From Candidatus Geothermarchaeota archaeon (GTDB taxonomy: Archaea; Thermoproteota; Nitrososphaeria; Geothermarchaeales; JDFR-13), in assembly GCA_015522055.1 (NCBI GenBank), contig WAMZ01000094.1, positions 1-47,594 on the forward strand: a stretch of DNA of 47,594 bases, read 5' to 3'. Under the pieces are notes generated by a model. The model made no database searches. It was given only the letters and a program-made list of their open reading frames with translations, and had not been told where the DNA came from. Of this stretch, positions 1 through 9,114 are shown piece by piece (within the stretch, counting starts at the first letter, position 1; each line of letters starts with the position of its first letter). The position numbers were made by a program, and so were the translations under genes.

Positions 1-164
1 GAAACATTTTTTATTTAACTGTATATAATATATATTTTGAATAGATAACGATGTTAAGAATATACATTTTAAATAATCCTTAAATAACATACTTAATCAT
101 TTAAACCGAAAAATTGATAGTTAATACTGACCTCATTCAGTAAATATATATAGCCTATTCCATA

Positions 165-578
165 ATGATACTTGGGATGAAGACGAGGAAGACTGGTGTA
201 ACGATAGATAGTGATTTATTGCGGAAGCTTGATGAATATATGTCTAGGACGGGTATTAAGAGTAGGTCAAGAATAATTAATAGGGCTCTAGAGCATTACA
301 TATCTGAGAGACTAAGCTTGCTTGAGGATAGGCCTTCGGTAGGTGTAATATCGATTATATATGAGCATCATGCTGGGAATGTGGAGCATGAATTAACCCA
401 CGCCCAACACGATCATCTAGACATCGTCGTTTCCAATATGCATATTCATTTAGATAAGGAGAGATGTCTCGAGTTGATTGTAGTTAAGGGGGATATGAGT
501 AGGATCAGGTCATTAATTAATAGGTTAGAGAATATTAGGCATATCAAGGTATTGAGACACGATATACATCATATATAA
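165..578 (+). CDS. nikR: Nickel-responsive transcriptional regulator NikR (ribbon-helix-helix plus C-terminal Ni-binding domain)
   Basis: N-terminal RHH-like segment (VTIDSDLLRKLDEYMSRTGIKSRSRIINRALEHY). C-terminal H-x-H-x5-C nickel motif (MHIHLDKERC) plus the His-rich THAQHDH. Lies tail-to-tail, 4 nt from the end of the nik transporter operon. The true start may be the second ATG at 177. Confidence 0.85.
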   Translation: MILGMKTRKTGVTIDSDLLRKLDEYMSRTGIKSRSRIINRALEHYISERLSLLEDRPSVGVISIIYEHHAGNVEHELTHAQHDHLDIVVSNMHIHLDKERCLELIVVKGDMSRIRSLINRLENIRHIKVLRHDIHHI

Positions 579-582
579 CAGA

Positions 583-1407
583 TCACCTAGGTCTAATATG
601 CCTCTTCAGAAGGTTCATTAGCTCCTCAGTAGACGGTGGGCGTGAATGACTCCACTCGATACCTAACTCATCCATAATTCTTATATGTAGAGGTATGTCT
701 AGCCCCAACTCTGAGATGATATCCATATTCCCGAGTAAGCACTCGATGGGGCCGGACCATCTGATTTTTCCTCCCTCCAAAAGAATTACCTCATCTGATA
801 CGTCTAAAACGTCGGATAGCCTATTGGATGTTAATATTATATTCTTACCCCCATGCTTCAAGCTAATGAGAACTTCCTTCAACGCATTCATATAATTGTA
901 TGATAAGTCGTTGAATGGCTCATCAAGCAATATGGTCTCGGGGTCATGGGCCAATGCGACGATAATACCTAAACGCCTGGCTTCACCTCCACTAAGCCTC
1001 AAAGGCGACTTATTCATCATAGATTCAACACCAAGCTTACTGATCAGTGGTGATATCCTCCTAATGGAGCTGTCTACATCCATCCCCAATTGTCTAGGCC
1101 CATAAACTATCTCATCAAATACAGTATCACATATGAACTGGAGACTAGGGTCCTGAAACATCAATGAAACCTCCCTCCTAACTCCTCGGTACCCATACAT
1201 AGGTATACCTTTATACCGGATCACACCCCCAGTTGGTGGGAGAAGCCCAGCCAACAACATCAACAATGTAGATTTCCCCGAACCAGTAGCACCAATTATA
1301 GAATATATTTTCCCGGGAAGAATCTTGATGTTGATATCTCTTAATGCCTCAGTGCCATCTGGATACTTGTATCTAACAGATTCAAGCTCAAATAAATATG
1401 TGGACAC
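583..1407 (-). CDS. nikO: ECF/Cbi-Nik transporter ATP-binding component (CbiO/NikO)
   Basis: Walker A GATGSGKST, ABC signature LSGGEARRL, Walker B ILLDEP. Overlaps the upstream T-component gene by 20 nt. Confidence 0.85.
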   Translation of the reverse strand: MSTYLFELESVRYKYPDGTEALRDINIKILPGKIYSIIGATGSGKSTLLMLLAGLLPPTGGVIRYKGIPMYGYRGVRREVSLMFQDPSLQFICDTVFDEIVYGPRQLGMDVDSSIRRISPLISKLGVESMMNKSPLRLSGGEARRLGIIVALAHDPETILLDEPFNDLSYNYMNALKEVLISLKHGGKNIILTSNRLSDVLDVSDEVILLEGGKIRWSGPIECLLGNMDIISELGLDIPLHIRIMDELGIEWSHSRPPSTEELMNLLKRHIRPR

Positions 1408-2215
1408 CTAGAACACCCAAATTAAGCAGGATTGAAATGATTAAAAGTGTCAATACCCACATGGTGTATAGGGCCGTTAGATAAATTGATGTGTCCTCCA
1501 GTAATAATGTGGATTCGTGGGAGAGTATCCTACTTTTAATGCCGATGTTAGCCATCAATCCAATCTCCCTACCCCTAAACACAAGTTCACCCAGCGACTC
1601 AGCTATAATAGTCCATTGCCTAACTATAGAGCCGTCATAAGACAATTCCCTAGAAGCTCTAGCAACCATGATCGAGGAGAACCTAGATAATTGATGGGGA
1701 ATCAGCCTGACTATATAGACAGCTATATTTGGAAAGTGCCCTACTAGTGGCATTCGATTCAACATATTTAACACTCTGTTTAACCCTATCGATAATGGTA
1801 TCATGAGGATGAAAGCCAGGCTCATCGACCCCCTCACAAATACCCAGCCTACACGCCCAGCCACAGATATGAGGATATCGGTTGAAAAACCCCTGACAAG
1901 GAGCTCCGCTACCGCGAATGGGGCCAAAAATATTAGTATGAATATAGATGAAAGAGCATATGTTCTAAGGAATTTCCTGGGATCGGGTCTCAGGATGATT
2001 AGCTGAGTAGCCAGATTCAATAGTAGGAAGATGAATGCTATAAACGATCTAGTTAATGCAGCCATAATAGCTGATGCCACCAATCCGATGAATATGTAAT
2101 TGGATGATATTCTTGGCGGGGGCTTTGGCTCATAGTTCAATATACTGAGTATCGATCCGATACCCTCTAAGGTCCTACCGAATAGATGGATAATATTGTC
2201 GGGCAAGATCCTCAC
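1388..2215 (-). CDS. nikQ: ECF transporter transmembrane (T) component, CbiQ/NikQ-like
   Basis: Polytopic hydrophobic protein sandwiched between the M and O components with overlapping stop/start codons (4-nt overlap with nikMN). The call rests mainly on operon position and hydrophobicity. Confidence 0.7.
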   Translation of the reverse strand: MRILPDNIIHLFGRTLEGIGSILSILNYEPKPPPRISSNYIFIGLVASAIMAALTRSFIAFIFLLLNLATQLIILRPDPRKFLRTYALSSIFILIFLAPFAVAELLVRGFSTDILISVAGRVGWVFVRGSMSLAFILMIPLSIGLNRVLNMLNRMPLVGHFPNIAVYIVRLIPHQLSRFSSIMVARASRELSYDGSIVRQWTIIAESLGELVFRGREIGLMANIGIKSRILSHESTLLLEDTSIYLTALYTMWVLTLLIISILLNLGVLGVHIFI

Positions 2216-3129
2216 CTAAGTATAGCTGAAGCCAATTTAAACACAATGTAGATTAATGCTACTCCAATGAAGCCTGCAATAATCATCCCCAGCCAAGACG
2301 GCAGGCCAGGGAATGTATAGTCGCTGAATAGGTTGAATGGGAATAGGCTTATATATTCATATCCCATCATATCCAGGACTATGTCGAGGGGCTCCCTATA
2401 ACCCGTAAATGACGTAAGGTAAATTGTGAATATAGGCGATACGAATATTAGAAGGATAGTTATAGATGTGAATGTACTTGGCCACCCATCCCCATCAATC
2501 ATGATATGCAACCCATTACCACGCCTATACAGATAAAATAATATTAGCCCGGTTAGTATACCCTCAATGACCCCGAGAATAGAACTGTATATACTCATTA
2601 TGGGTACAGTGATTGACATATCGAAATTGAAGTACCTTGATAGCCCTATCTCGACACCACATGCGAAGCCGGCCAAGGTCATGCTTAGCCAACCAGATAG
2701 AAAACCAGTAGCCAAAACCCTCCGATAATTATCCGGGCCCCGGGTTAGGAGTATCTTGGCCGGTATATATCCAGCTAGGACGCCTATGACCCCCATGTTG
2801 AGAATATTAGCACCCAATGCTGTTATCCCACCATCACCGAAGAAGATGCATTGAATCATTAGAATAACGGCCATAACAAAGAATCCATAGTATGGCCCCA
2901 AAATAGCACCAAGTAAACCAGCCCCAACCAAATGTAGTGAGGTTCCACCTGGAATCGGCCAATTGATTAGCTGGGCGACGAAAACTATGGATGCCAGAGA
3001 TGCTAACCCACCCAAACGACTTGTATCCAAATGGTCAATGTATCTTCTAACAATTACTGCATATATGAATATACTTGTATATGTTGCTGCCACTGTGATT
3101 GGGTCGAGGACACCGTCTGGTATGTGCAT
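2212..3129 (-). CDS. nikM: Nickel/cobalt ECF substrate-capture component, CbiM/NikM fused to a C-terminal N-like two-TM extension (NikMN)
   Basis: Diagnostic N-terminus MHIPDGVLD (the metal-ligating MHIPDG of the CbiM/NikM family). At 305 aa it is about 80 aa longer than a stand-alone CbiM, and the extra C-terminal segment is hydrophobic. Confidence 0.8.
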   Translation of the reverse strand: MHIPDGVLDPITVAATYTSIFIYAVIVRRYIDHLDTSRLGGLASLASIVFVAQLINWPIPGGTSLHLVGAGLLGAILGPYYGFFVMAVILMIQCIFFGDGGITALGANILNMGVIGVLAGYIPAKILLTRGPDNYRRVLATGFLSGWLSMTLAGFACGVEIGLSRYFNFDMSITVPIMSIYSSILGVIEGILTGLILFYLYRRGNGLHIMIDGDGWPSTFTSITILLIFVSPIFTIYLTSFTGYREPLDIVLDMMGYEYISLFPFNLFSDYTFPGLPSWLGMIIAGFIGVALIYIVFKLASAILR

Positions 3130-3159
3130 GGTAATACCAAAAAATGAAATAGTGTTACC
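3130..3159. promoter_or_regulatory. Imperfect dyad GGTAATAC-N14-GTGTTACC abutting the nikMN start codon; candidate NikR operator
   Basis: Half-sites at 3130-3137 and 3152-3159 match 7/8 as an inverted repeat. The site sits between an AT-rich TATA-like tract (3162-3177, minus strand TTATTTATTTATTTAA) and the ATG at 3129. Its geometry (two half-sites about two helical turns apart) resembles known NikR operators. Confidence 0.3.
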
Positions 3160-3329
3160 AATTAAATAAATAAATAATCATCATAAACTCCGATGCGCAT
3201 GCCACATGGACTGGTGTTTTATACGATGGATTTAAGTAGTTAATATTTATGCTATAAATGGTATTGACGTCAGATATACAAATTTCTTTAAATCTTTGTA
3301 TATGAATATTAAATTGTGGTGGATATAGT

Positions 3330-3737
3330 ATGCCGATAGTTGTTAAAGTTAGAGATGTAATGGATAAGAAGGTCTATGTACTAGATGAGAACAAGACATG
3401 CATGGATGCCATTAAACTAATGCTAGATAAAAAGGTATGGTCGGTAGTAGTGTCCCGGCAGGGGCTCCCAGTCGGTGTAGTTACTGAGCGGGATATTATT
3501 AGGAGGGTGATTGCCAAGGGCAGGGATGTCGAGAAGGTGAAGCTCGGCGAGATAATGTCTTCACCCTTGATAACGGTACCGCCTGATGAGCCTATTGGTA
3601 GGGCAATGGAGCTGATGGCTAGGAATGAGATCAGGCGGGTATATGTAGTTGAGGAGGGTAAGATTATAGGTAGAGTTACCCAGACCGAGGCGTTCAGACA
3701 TATATTGGATGTGATGATGACGCTCGCCAGTCTATAA
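3330..3737 (+). CDS. CBS-domain pair protein
   Basis: Two tandem CBS-like repeats (VMDKKVYVLDENKTCMDAIKLM... and IMSSPLITVPPDEPIGRAMELM...RRVYVVEEGKIIG). The 135 aa size is typical of stand-alone archaeal CBS proteins. Confidence 0.8.
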   Translation: MPIVVKVRDVMDKKVYVLDENKTCMDAIKLMLDKKVWSVVVSRQGLPVGVVTERDIIRRVIAKGRDVEKVKLGEIMSSPLITVPPDEPIGRAMELMARNEIRRVYVVEEGKIIGRVTQTEAFRHILDVMMTLASL

Positions 3738-3787
3738 GGCCTCGATGCTAAGAGTTAATATCATAAATATAATAATATATATGGATT

Positions 3788-4795
3788 ATGGAGGTTATAG
3801 CGTCAGCCCCGGGTAAAGTAACTCTATTTGGTGAGCATGCAGTAGTGTATGGTAAGCCGGCCATCGTCGCATCAATAGATAAACGTGTAGTTGTTAAGTG
3901 TAGGCCGAGATCGGATAAGAAGATAACGATAAGTGCCCTAAACCTCAGTATACCCGGCATAATATTGACCATAGAGAGGGAGGGAGAGATTAGGTTAGAG
4001 ACAGACTATGGAAAGGTTTTATCCGCAGTTAGCTATATACGTGAAGCCATTAGACTAACCCAGGAACATATCGGTATAAATCGTGGAGCCGATATAACAG
4101 TGTCCTCAGAGATGCCAGTTGGGGCCGGATTGGGTACATCGGCCGCCGTTGCTGTATCTACCATAGCCGCATACTCAGCATCACATGGATACCAGTTGGA
4201 AAAGAAGGATTTAGCTAGGCTATCCTGGGAGACGGAGAAGACGGTTCAGGGCCTGGCCAGCCCCATGGACTCCACAATAGCCACCTATGGTGGATTCATA
4301 TATCTAAAGTATGATGGGAGGGACTTCGACTTCGAGAGCCTGGAGGATGTCGGGGATATACCACTAATTATTGGATATACTCGGAGACTATATACTACTG
4401 GAGAGATGGTCGCAAAGGTCAAGAGGCTCTTAGATAGCTATGGGGAGATTGGGTGGAGCATCGTCGAATTGATAGGGGGCTTGGTGGAGGAGGCTAAGAA
4501 GATGTTGTTAGAGGGTGACTTACCTAGACTGGGTGAGCTTATGAATATAAATCATGGGCTACTAGACGCTCTAGGCGTCTCGACTAAGGAGCTCAATAAC
4601 ATTGTATATGTGATGCGTGGATTTGGGGCCTATGGAAGCAAACTGAGTGGAGCTGGTGGAGGAGGCGTAGCTATAGGGGTTGCTCCCACCGATAAAATAA
4701 GCGATATCGTGACCGCCCTCAGGATGATTGACGCGACGCCTCTGGAGACATCCATCGGTGGAGAAGGCTTAGTTATAAGTTCTGACCATTCCTAG
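3788..4795 (+). CDS. mvk: Mevalonate kinase (GHMP kinase family)
   Basis: N-terminal APGKVTLFGEHAVVYG, GHMP motif II PVGAGLGTSAAVAV, motif III KLSGAGGGG. Confidence 0.85.
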   Translation: MEVIASAPGKVTLFGEHAVVYGKPAIVASIDKRVVVKCRPRSDKKITISALNLSIPGIILTIEREGEIRLETDYGKVLSAVSYIREAIRLTQEHIGINRGADITVSSEMPVGAGLGTSAAVAVSTIAAYSASHGYQLEKKDLARLSWETEKTVQGLASPMDSTIATYGGFIYLKYDGRDFDFESLEDVGDIPLIIGYTRRLYTTGEMVAKVKRLLDSYGEIGWSIVELIGGLVEEAKKMLLEGDLPRLGELMNINHGLLDALGVSTKELNNIVYVMRGFGAYGSKLSGAGGGGVAIGVAPTDKISDIVTALRMIDATPLETSIGGEGLVISSDHS

Positions 4796-4816
4796 GGATA
4801 AATTATTAATAAAGTA

Positions 4817-6019
4817 TTATTTACCTGGGGTCGAGACCACACCATCCTCAATCAATCGATTTATATCCTCCTCCCGATATCCAAGCTCCCTGAGAATATC
4901 CACCGTATCCTCCCCCATCATAGGCGGGTGCCTACTTGGCCTAAGCCTATTACCCTCCAGCTTAGCCGGAAACACCAATTGCGGGATCCTACCGAGCCTA
5001 GGATGATTTATATAATCCACTATCCCCGATTCAACGACATACCTATCCCTAAACACCTCGTCCAGCCTATATACAGGCCCGACATTTATCCCATATTTAT
5101 TCAGAAGCTCAACCCAATAGTCCCTGTCATACTCCTTGAACCTCGACTCAAGTATAGGGATTAGGATATCCCTATTCCTAACCCTATCTGGATTAGTCTT
5201 AAACCTATCGTCATCCACTAAATCATCTAGGCCGAGTGCCCTACATAGATTTATCCACATCCTATCATTGAATATACCTACGGCTACATACCTCCCATCT
5301 CTACATCTAAAGGCTTGATATGGAACTATAGATGGGTGGGCGGAACCCATCTTCCTAGGGATATATCCCGTCATTAGATATATCATCGGAATATATGACA
5401 TGCTGAAGATTGAGGTGTCATAAAGATTAACATCTATCTTCATACCTTCTCCAGTCTCCATCCTCCTAACTAGGCCCGCCAATATCGATATCGCGGCGAC
5501 CATACCGGCATATATATCGAATAATGCGAATGAGACCCGGACAGGCTCATCCCCGATCCCAGTACTATCCATCAAGCCGCTCATAGCCTGTATAGTGAGA
5601 TCTGCAGCCCTGAGCCCGCCGTAGGGGCTATCTGGGTCGAAGCCATGGATGCTGCAGTATATTATATCAGGCTTTATCGACTTAATTGTATCATAATCGA
5701 CACCGAGCTTAACTGGCACATCGCTCCTAAAGTTCTCTATAAAGACATCGGCCTTCTCCACAAGTTTATATAGAATATCCCTACCCCTATTATCCTTGAG
5801 ATTAATGACTATAGACCTCTTATTCCTATTGGCACTCATATAGTATACACTCTCTCCATCGACTATAGGGGTCCAATGCCTTGTGTCGTCGCCACTTGGC
5901 GGCTCAACCTTTATAATATCTGCACCCAAGTCGCCTAGGATCATGGTCGCGAATGGACCAGCCAATACCCTAGATAGATCCAGGACGGTGATGCCTGATA
6001 GGGGCTTTACATCCACCAT
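4817..6019 (-). CDS. Family III CoA-transferase (CaiB/BaiF / alpha-methylacyl-CoA racemase-like)
   Basis: Typical N-terminus LSGITVLDLSRVLAGPFATMILGDLGADIIKVE and the IENFR motif. About 400 aa. Confidence 0.8.
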   Translation of the reverse strand: MVDVKPLSGITVLDLSRVLAGPFATMILGDLGADIIKVEPPSGDDTRHWTPIVDGESVYYMSANRNKRSIVINLKDNRGRDILYKLVEKADVFIENFRSDVPVKLGVDYDTIKSIKPDIIYCSIHGFDPDSPYGGLRAADLTIQAMSGLMDSTGIGDEPVRVSFALFDIYAGMVAAISILAGLVRRMETGEGMKIDVNLYDTSIFSMSYIPMIYLMTGYIPRKMGSAHPSIVPYQAFRCRDGRYVAVGIFNDRMWINLCRALGLDDLVDDDRFKTNPDRVRNRDILIPILESRFKEYDRDYWVELLNKYGINVGPVYRLDEVFRDRYVVESGIVDYINHPRLGRIPQLVFPAKLEGNRLRPSRHPPMMGEDTVDILRELGYREEDINRLIEDGVVSTPGK

Positions 6020-6119
6020 AAGAAAAATAATTCTATGCGGTTGAAATTTAACCAGTAGCCCTCTGCAAACATATATACGGAGAGAGGGACTCTATATTTG
6101 TATTGAACCGATTCATTGG

Positions 6120-7406
6120 GTGGACTTTATGCCGGGTAAGTCATCTAGGATACCGAAGTTTTACAAGTTGAGTATAGATGAGAGGCTCAAGAAGGTCGCC
6201 GAGTTCGCTGAATTAACGGGCGAGGAGATTGAGACTTTATCTAAGCTTGGGAATCTAGATCCTAAAATAGCCGATGTAATGATAGAGAATGTCATTGGGG
6301 GCATGACATATCCATTTGCAGTCGCAACGAACTTCTTGATAAATGGTAAGGACTATCTAGTCCCGATGGTGATAGAGGAGTCCAGTGTAGTCGCGGCCGC
6401 AAGTAACGCCGCTAGAGTAATGAGACGTGATGGGGGTATAGCCTCGGTTGCTACCGACTCCATAATGATAGGCCAGATTCAGCTGGTTGGAGTAAAGAAC
6501 CCCTTCTATGCCAAACAGGTGATCATAGAGCATAAGGATGAGATAATCAAGATAGCCAATGAACAGGACCCAATTCTCGTCAATCTAGGTGGCGGCGCCA
6601 AGGACATCGAGGTACGTGTCATCGATACAAGGGTTGGTCCAATGGTTATAACCCATTTACTCGTGGATGTGAAGGATGCTATGGGTGCAAACGCGGTCAA
6701 CACGATGACTGAGGCTGTAGCACCATATATTGAGGATTGGACAGGTGGAAGGGTATATCTCAGGATAATATCGAACCTAGCTGATAAGAGGCTCGTTAGG
6801 AGCAGGGTAAAGGTGTATGCCGAGGATATAGGTGGCGAGGAGGTGGTCGATGGAATAGTGGCTGCATCGGCGTTCGCAGAGGCAGATCCCTATAGGGCTG
6901 CCACCCACAATAAAGGTATAATGAATGGCATTATAGCAGTGGCTTTGGCGACGGGCCAGGACCATAGGGCTTTGGAGGCGGGGGCACATTCATATGCAGC
7001 TAGGACCGGGGTCTACACTACACTATCTAGATGGGAGAAGACCGATGACGGAAACCTGGTAGGTACGCTTGAGATGCCGATGGCGGTTGGTATAATAGGT
7101 GGGGCTGTTAAGGTACATCCAGTGGCACGTATAGCACTGAAGATAATGGGGGTAAAGACTGCCAGGGAGTTGGCTGAGGTAATGGGTGCGGTTGGATTAG
7201 CCCAGAACTTCGCCGCATTGAGAGCGCTCGCTACAGAGGGTATACAGAGGGGGCATATGAAGCTACATGCTAGGAACCTGGCGGTCATGGCTGGAGCCAC
7301 TGGGGAGCTGATCGATAAAGTGGCATCTATAATGATTAAAGAGGGTAGAATTAGGTTCGATAGGGCTAAAGAGCTGGTTGAAGAACTAACCAAGGGAACC
7401 AAGTGA
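6120..7406 (+). CDS. hmgA: HMG-CoA reductase, class II-type
   Basis: ENVIGGMTYPFAVATNF, VPMVIEESSVVAAASNAAR, DAMGANAVNT and MPMAVGIIGGAVKVHP are class II (Pseudomonas mevalonii / Archaeoglobus-type) signatures. The track start is a GTG. ATG at 6129 is the more likely start, because a TATA-like CTATATTT is centred about 27 nt upstream of roughly 6122. Confidence 0.9.
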   Translation: MDFMPGKSSRIPKFYKLSIDERLKKVAEFAELTGEEIETLSKLGNLDPKIADVMIENVIGGMTYPFAVATNFLINGKDYLVPMVIEESSVVAAASNAARVMRRDGGIASVATDSIMIGQIQLVGVKNPFYAKQVIIEHKDEIIKIANEQDPILVNLGGGAKDIEVRVIDTRVGPMVITHLLVDVKDAMGANAVNTMTEAVAPYIEDWTGGRVYLRIISNLADKRLVRSRVKVYAEDIGGEEVVDGIVAASAFAEADPYRAATHNKGIMNGIIAVALATGQDHRALEAGAHSYAARTGVYTTLSRWEKTDDGNLVGTLEMPMAVGIIGGAVKVHPVARIALKIMGVKTARELAEVMGAVGLAQNFAALRALATEGIQRGHMKLHARNLAVMAGATGELIDKVASIMIKEGRIRFDRAKELVEELTKGTK

Positions 7407-7460
7407 TAATGCATAGCGTCAGGATTTAATAGAGAATCAATACAATTAATATGATTCGCA

Positions 7461-8030
7461 ATGCAGGATATCGACGATATCATCGATAAATATCGAGATT
7501 ATCTGATGAAGCTGTCCTCAACACCCAGGACTGGATGGATTAGATCGGGTGTAAAAGACGCTGAGACCATATCAGAGCATATATTTGAGGTGGCTATATA
7601 CTCATTAATACTCGCCAAGATAACCGGATATGGGGAGCCCGGGAAGACTGTAGTATTAGCACTACTACACGATCTACCAGAGGCCGTGGTAGGTGATATA
7701 CCTAAGCCCGACAAGGATGTCTCCGACTACATGATTGAGAAGAAGGTTCTTAGAGACATCATAATAGAGTTAGGTTTAGAGGACATAGTTGGAGAGCCTG
7801 AATATACACTGAACTCCAAGGAATATAGGCTGATAAAGATATCGGATAACCTGGCAACCCTATATAAGGGATTGAGATATTATGGAGAGGGATATAATTC
7901 TCAATACCTTAGGCAGATAATTGTAAATAGTTGGGAGGAGGCCTATAAACTATGTAGGGAACTGGGGTTCCAACATCTAGTCGAGCATCTGGAATCGATT
8001 AGAGACTCCTATCCCGGAATATTCCGATAA
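7461..8030 (+). CDS. HD-domain metal-dependent phosphohydrolase (YfbR-like 5'-nucleotidase family)
   Basis: H...HD...D pattern: SEHIFEVAIY, then ALLHDLPEAVVGDIP. Confidence 0.75.
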   Translation: MQDIDDIIDKYRDYLMKLSSTPRTGWIRSGVKDAETISEHIFEVAIYSLILAKITGYGEPGKTVVLALLHDLPEAVVGDIPKPDKDVSDYMIEKKVLRDIIIELGLEDIVGEPEYTLNSKEYRLIKISDNLATLYKGLRYYGEGYNSQYLRQIIVNSWEEAYKLCRELGFQHLVEHLESIRDSYPGIFR

Positions 8031-8105
8031 AATATTTATAGAACATTCCAGTTTGGAAATACATACACTTATTAGACATGCATTTTATATAATTATGGAT
8101 GAATA

Positions 8106-8630
8106 ATGAGCCAAAGAGATTCGGGTATTAGAAACCTTACAACCCTGCTTATAGTGCTGATAATACTTTTAATCATTATACCATTTCTATACCCATTATT
8201 CACACCATATATGGGAGTTGGGCATATGCAGGGAATGGCATTTATGATGGGCTGGGGAGTCCTATACTTCTTCATATTCATAATTGTCATTGCCCTCATA
8301 ATAGCTATCGCGATAAACTACACCACCAGTAGCCCTCCATCAGCCACTCCACAGACAGCAGCCGCGAGGCCCGGGAATGGGGGGAGTGAATTAGATAGCT
8401 TGATGCGGATATTGACTCCAGAGGAGAAAGTCGTGCTTAACCTATTGATCAAGAATGGTGGGGAGATGCTACAGAAAGATATAAGTAGGGAGCTGGGATT
8501 CCCGAGGGTCAAGACACACAGGATTCTCGAGAGGATGGAGGAAAGGAACTTGATCAAGAGGATTAGGATGGGGAACACCAATAAAGTCCTACTCGAGGAC
8601 TGGATACTTAGGGCTGCATCCATAGACTAG
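8106..8630 (+). CDS. Membrane-anchored winged-helix DNA-binding protein (2 TM plus a C-terminal MarR/TrmB-like wHTH)
   Basis: Two hydrophobic helices (LTTLLIVLIILLIIIPFLYPLF and VLYFFIFIIVIALIIAIAI) flank the Met/His-rich loop YMGVGHMQGMAFMMGWG. A Pro/Ala linker leads to an HTH-like segment (EEKVVLNLLIKNGGEMLQKDISRELGFPRVKTHRILERMEERNLIKR). Confidence 0.6.
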   Translation: MSQRDSGIRNLTTLLIVLIILLIIIPFLYPLFTPYMGVGHMQGMAFMMGWGVLYFFIFIIVIALIIAIAINYTTSSPPSATPQTAAARPGNGGSELDSLMRILTPEEKVVLNLLIKNGGEMLQKDISRELGFPRVKTHRILERMEERNLIKRIRMGNTNKVLLEDWILRAASID

Positions 8631-8687
8631 CCTGTTGAGAATAAAATAAATCTACAATCAATTAGATTTTATGAGGGGAAGCCCCAT

Positions 8688-9047
8688 ATGGAGTGGGCCA
8701 GATTCTCTAAGGAGGCCGCATTCATAACTAGGCAGGCCATGGTTAAATATATCTACGGCGTCCCAATAGCCGTATACAGGACGGTGGAGGGGCTAAAGGC
8801 CTATATAGCCATATGCCCACATAAATACCATGTCATATGTGTCAGGGAGCTAGTCAACGGCAGATATATAATGTGCCAAGGGCATGGAGAGCTATTCAAA
8901 TCAACGACGGGTGAGCCAGAGGGTAAGTTTACTAGAGAATCCTTAAGGCCAGTTGAGCTGAAGGTTGAGAATGGGACGGTATACGTGGCTAGGCCCAGTG
9001 ACGATGTACTGAAATGGGCTAAGAGAATATCCGGTGTCGACGGCTAG
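8688..9047 (+). CDS. Small Rieske-type [2Fe-2S] protein
   Basis: C-x-H-x17-C-x2-H motif: CPH KYHVICVRELVNGRYIM CQGH, followed by GELF as in Rieske ferredoxins. Confidence 0.7.
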   Translation: MEWARFSKEAAFITRQAMVKYIYGVPIAVYRTVEGLKAYIAICPHKYHVICVRELVNGRYIMCQGHGELFKSTTGEPEGKFTRESLRPVELKVENGTVYVARPSDDVLKWAKRISGVDG

Positions 9048-9114
9048 TTCTATAGCTTTTATATATTTTGGTTATATAGATAGTGTAGAGATTCTATATT
9101 CTAGTGATTCGTAA

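Noticed and set aside
6059-6088. CCCTCT...AGAGGG inverted repeat bracketing a TATA-like CATATATA in the caiB/hmgA divergent region
   Set aside because: It has only 6 bp arms with an 18-nt loop and no second copy, so it cannot be told apart from chance.
7013-7483. 156-aa minus-strand ORF antisense to the 3' half of hmgA
   Set aside because: It is a shadow ORF opposite a strongly supported gene. The translation is Ser/Ala/Ile-rich and carries no motif.
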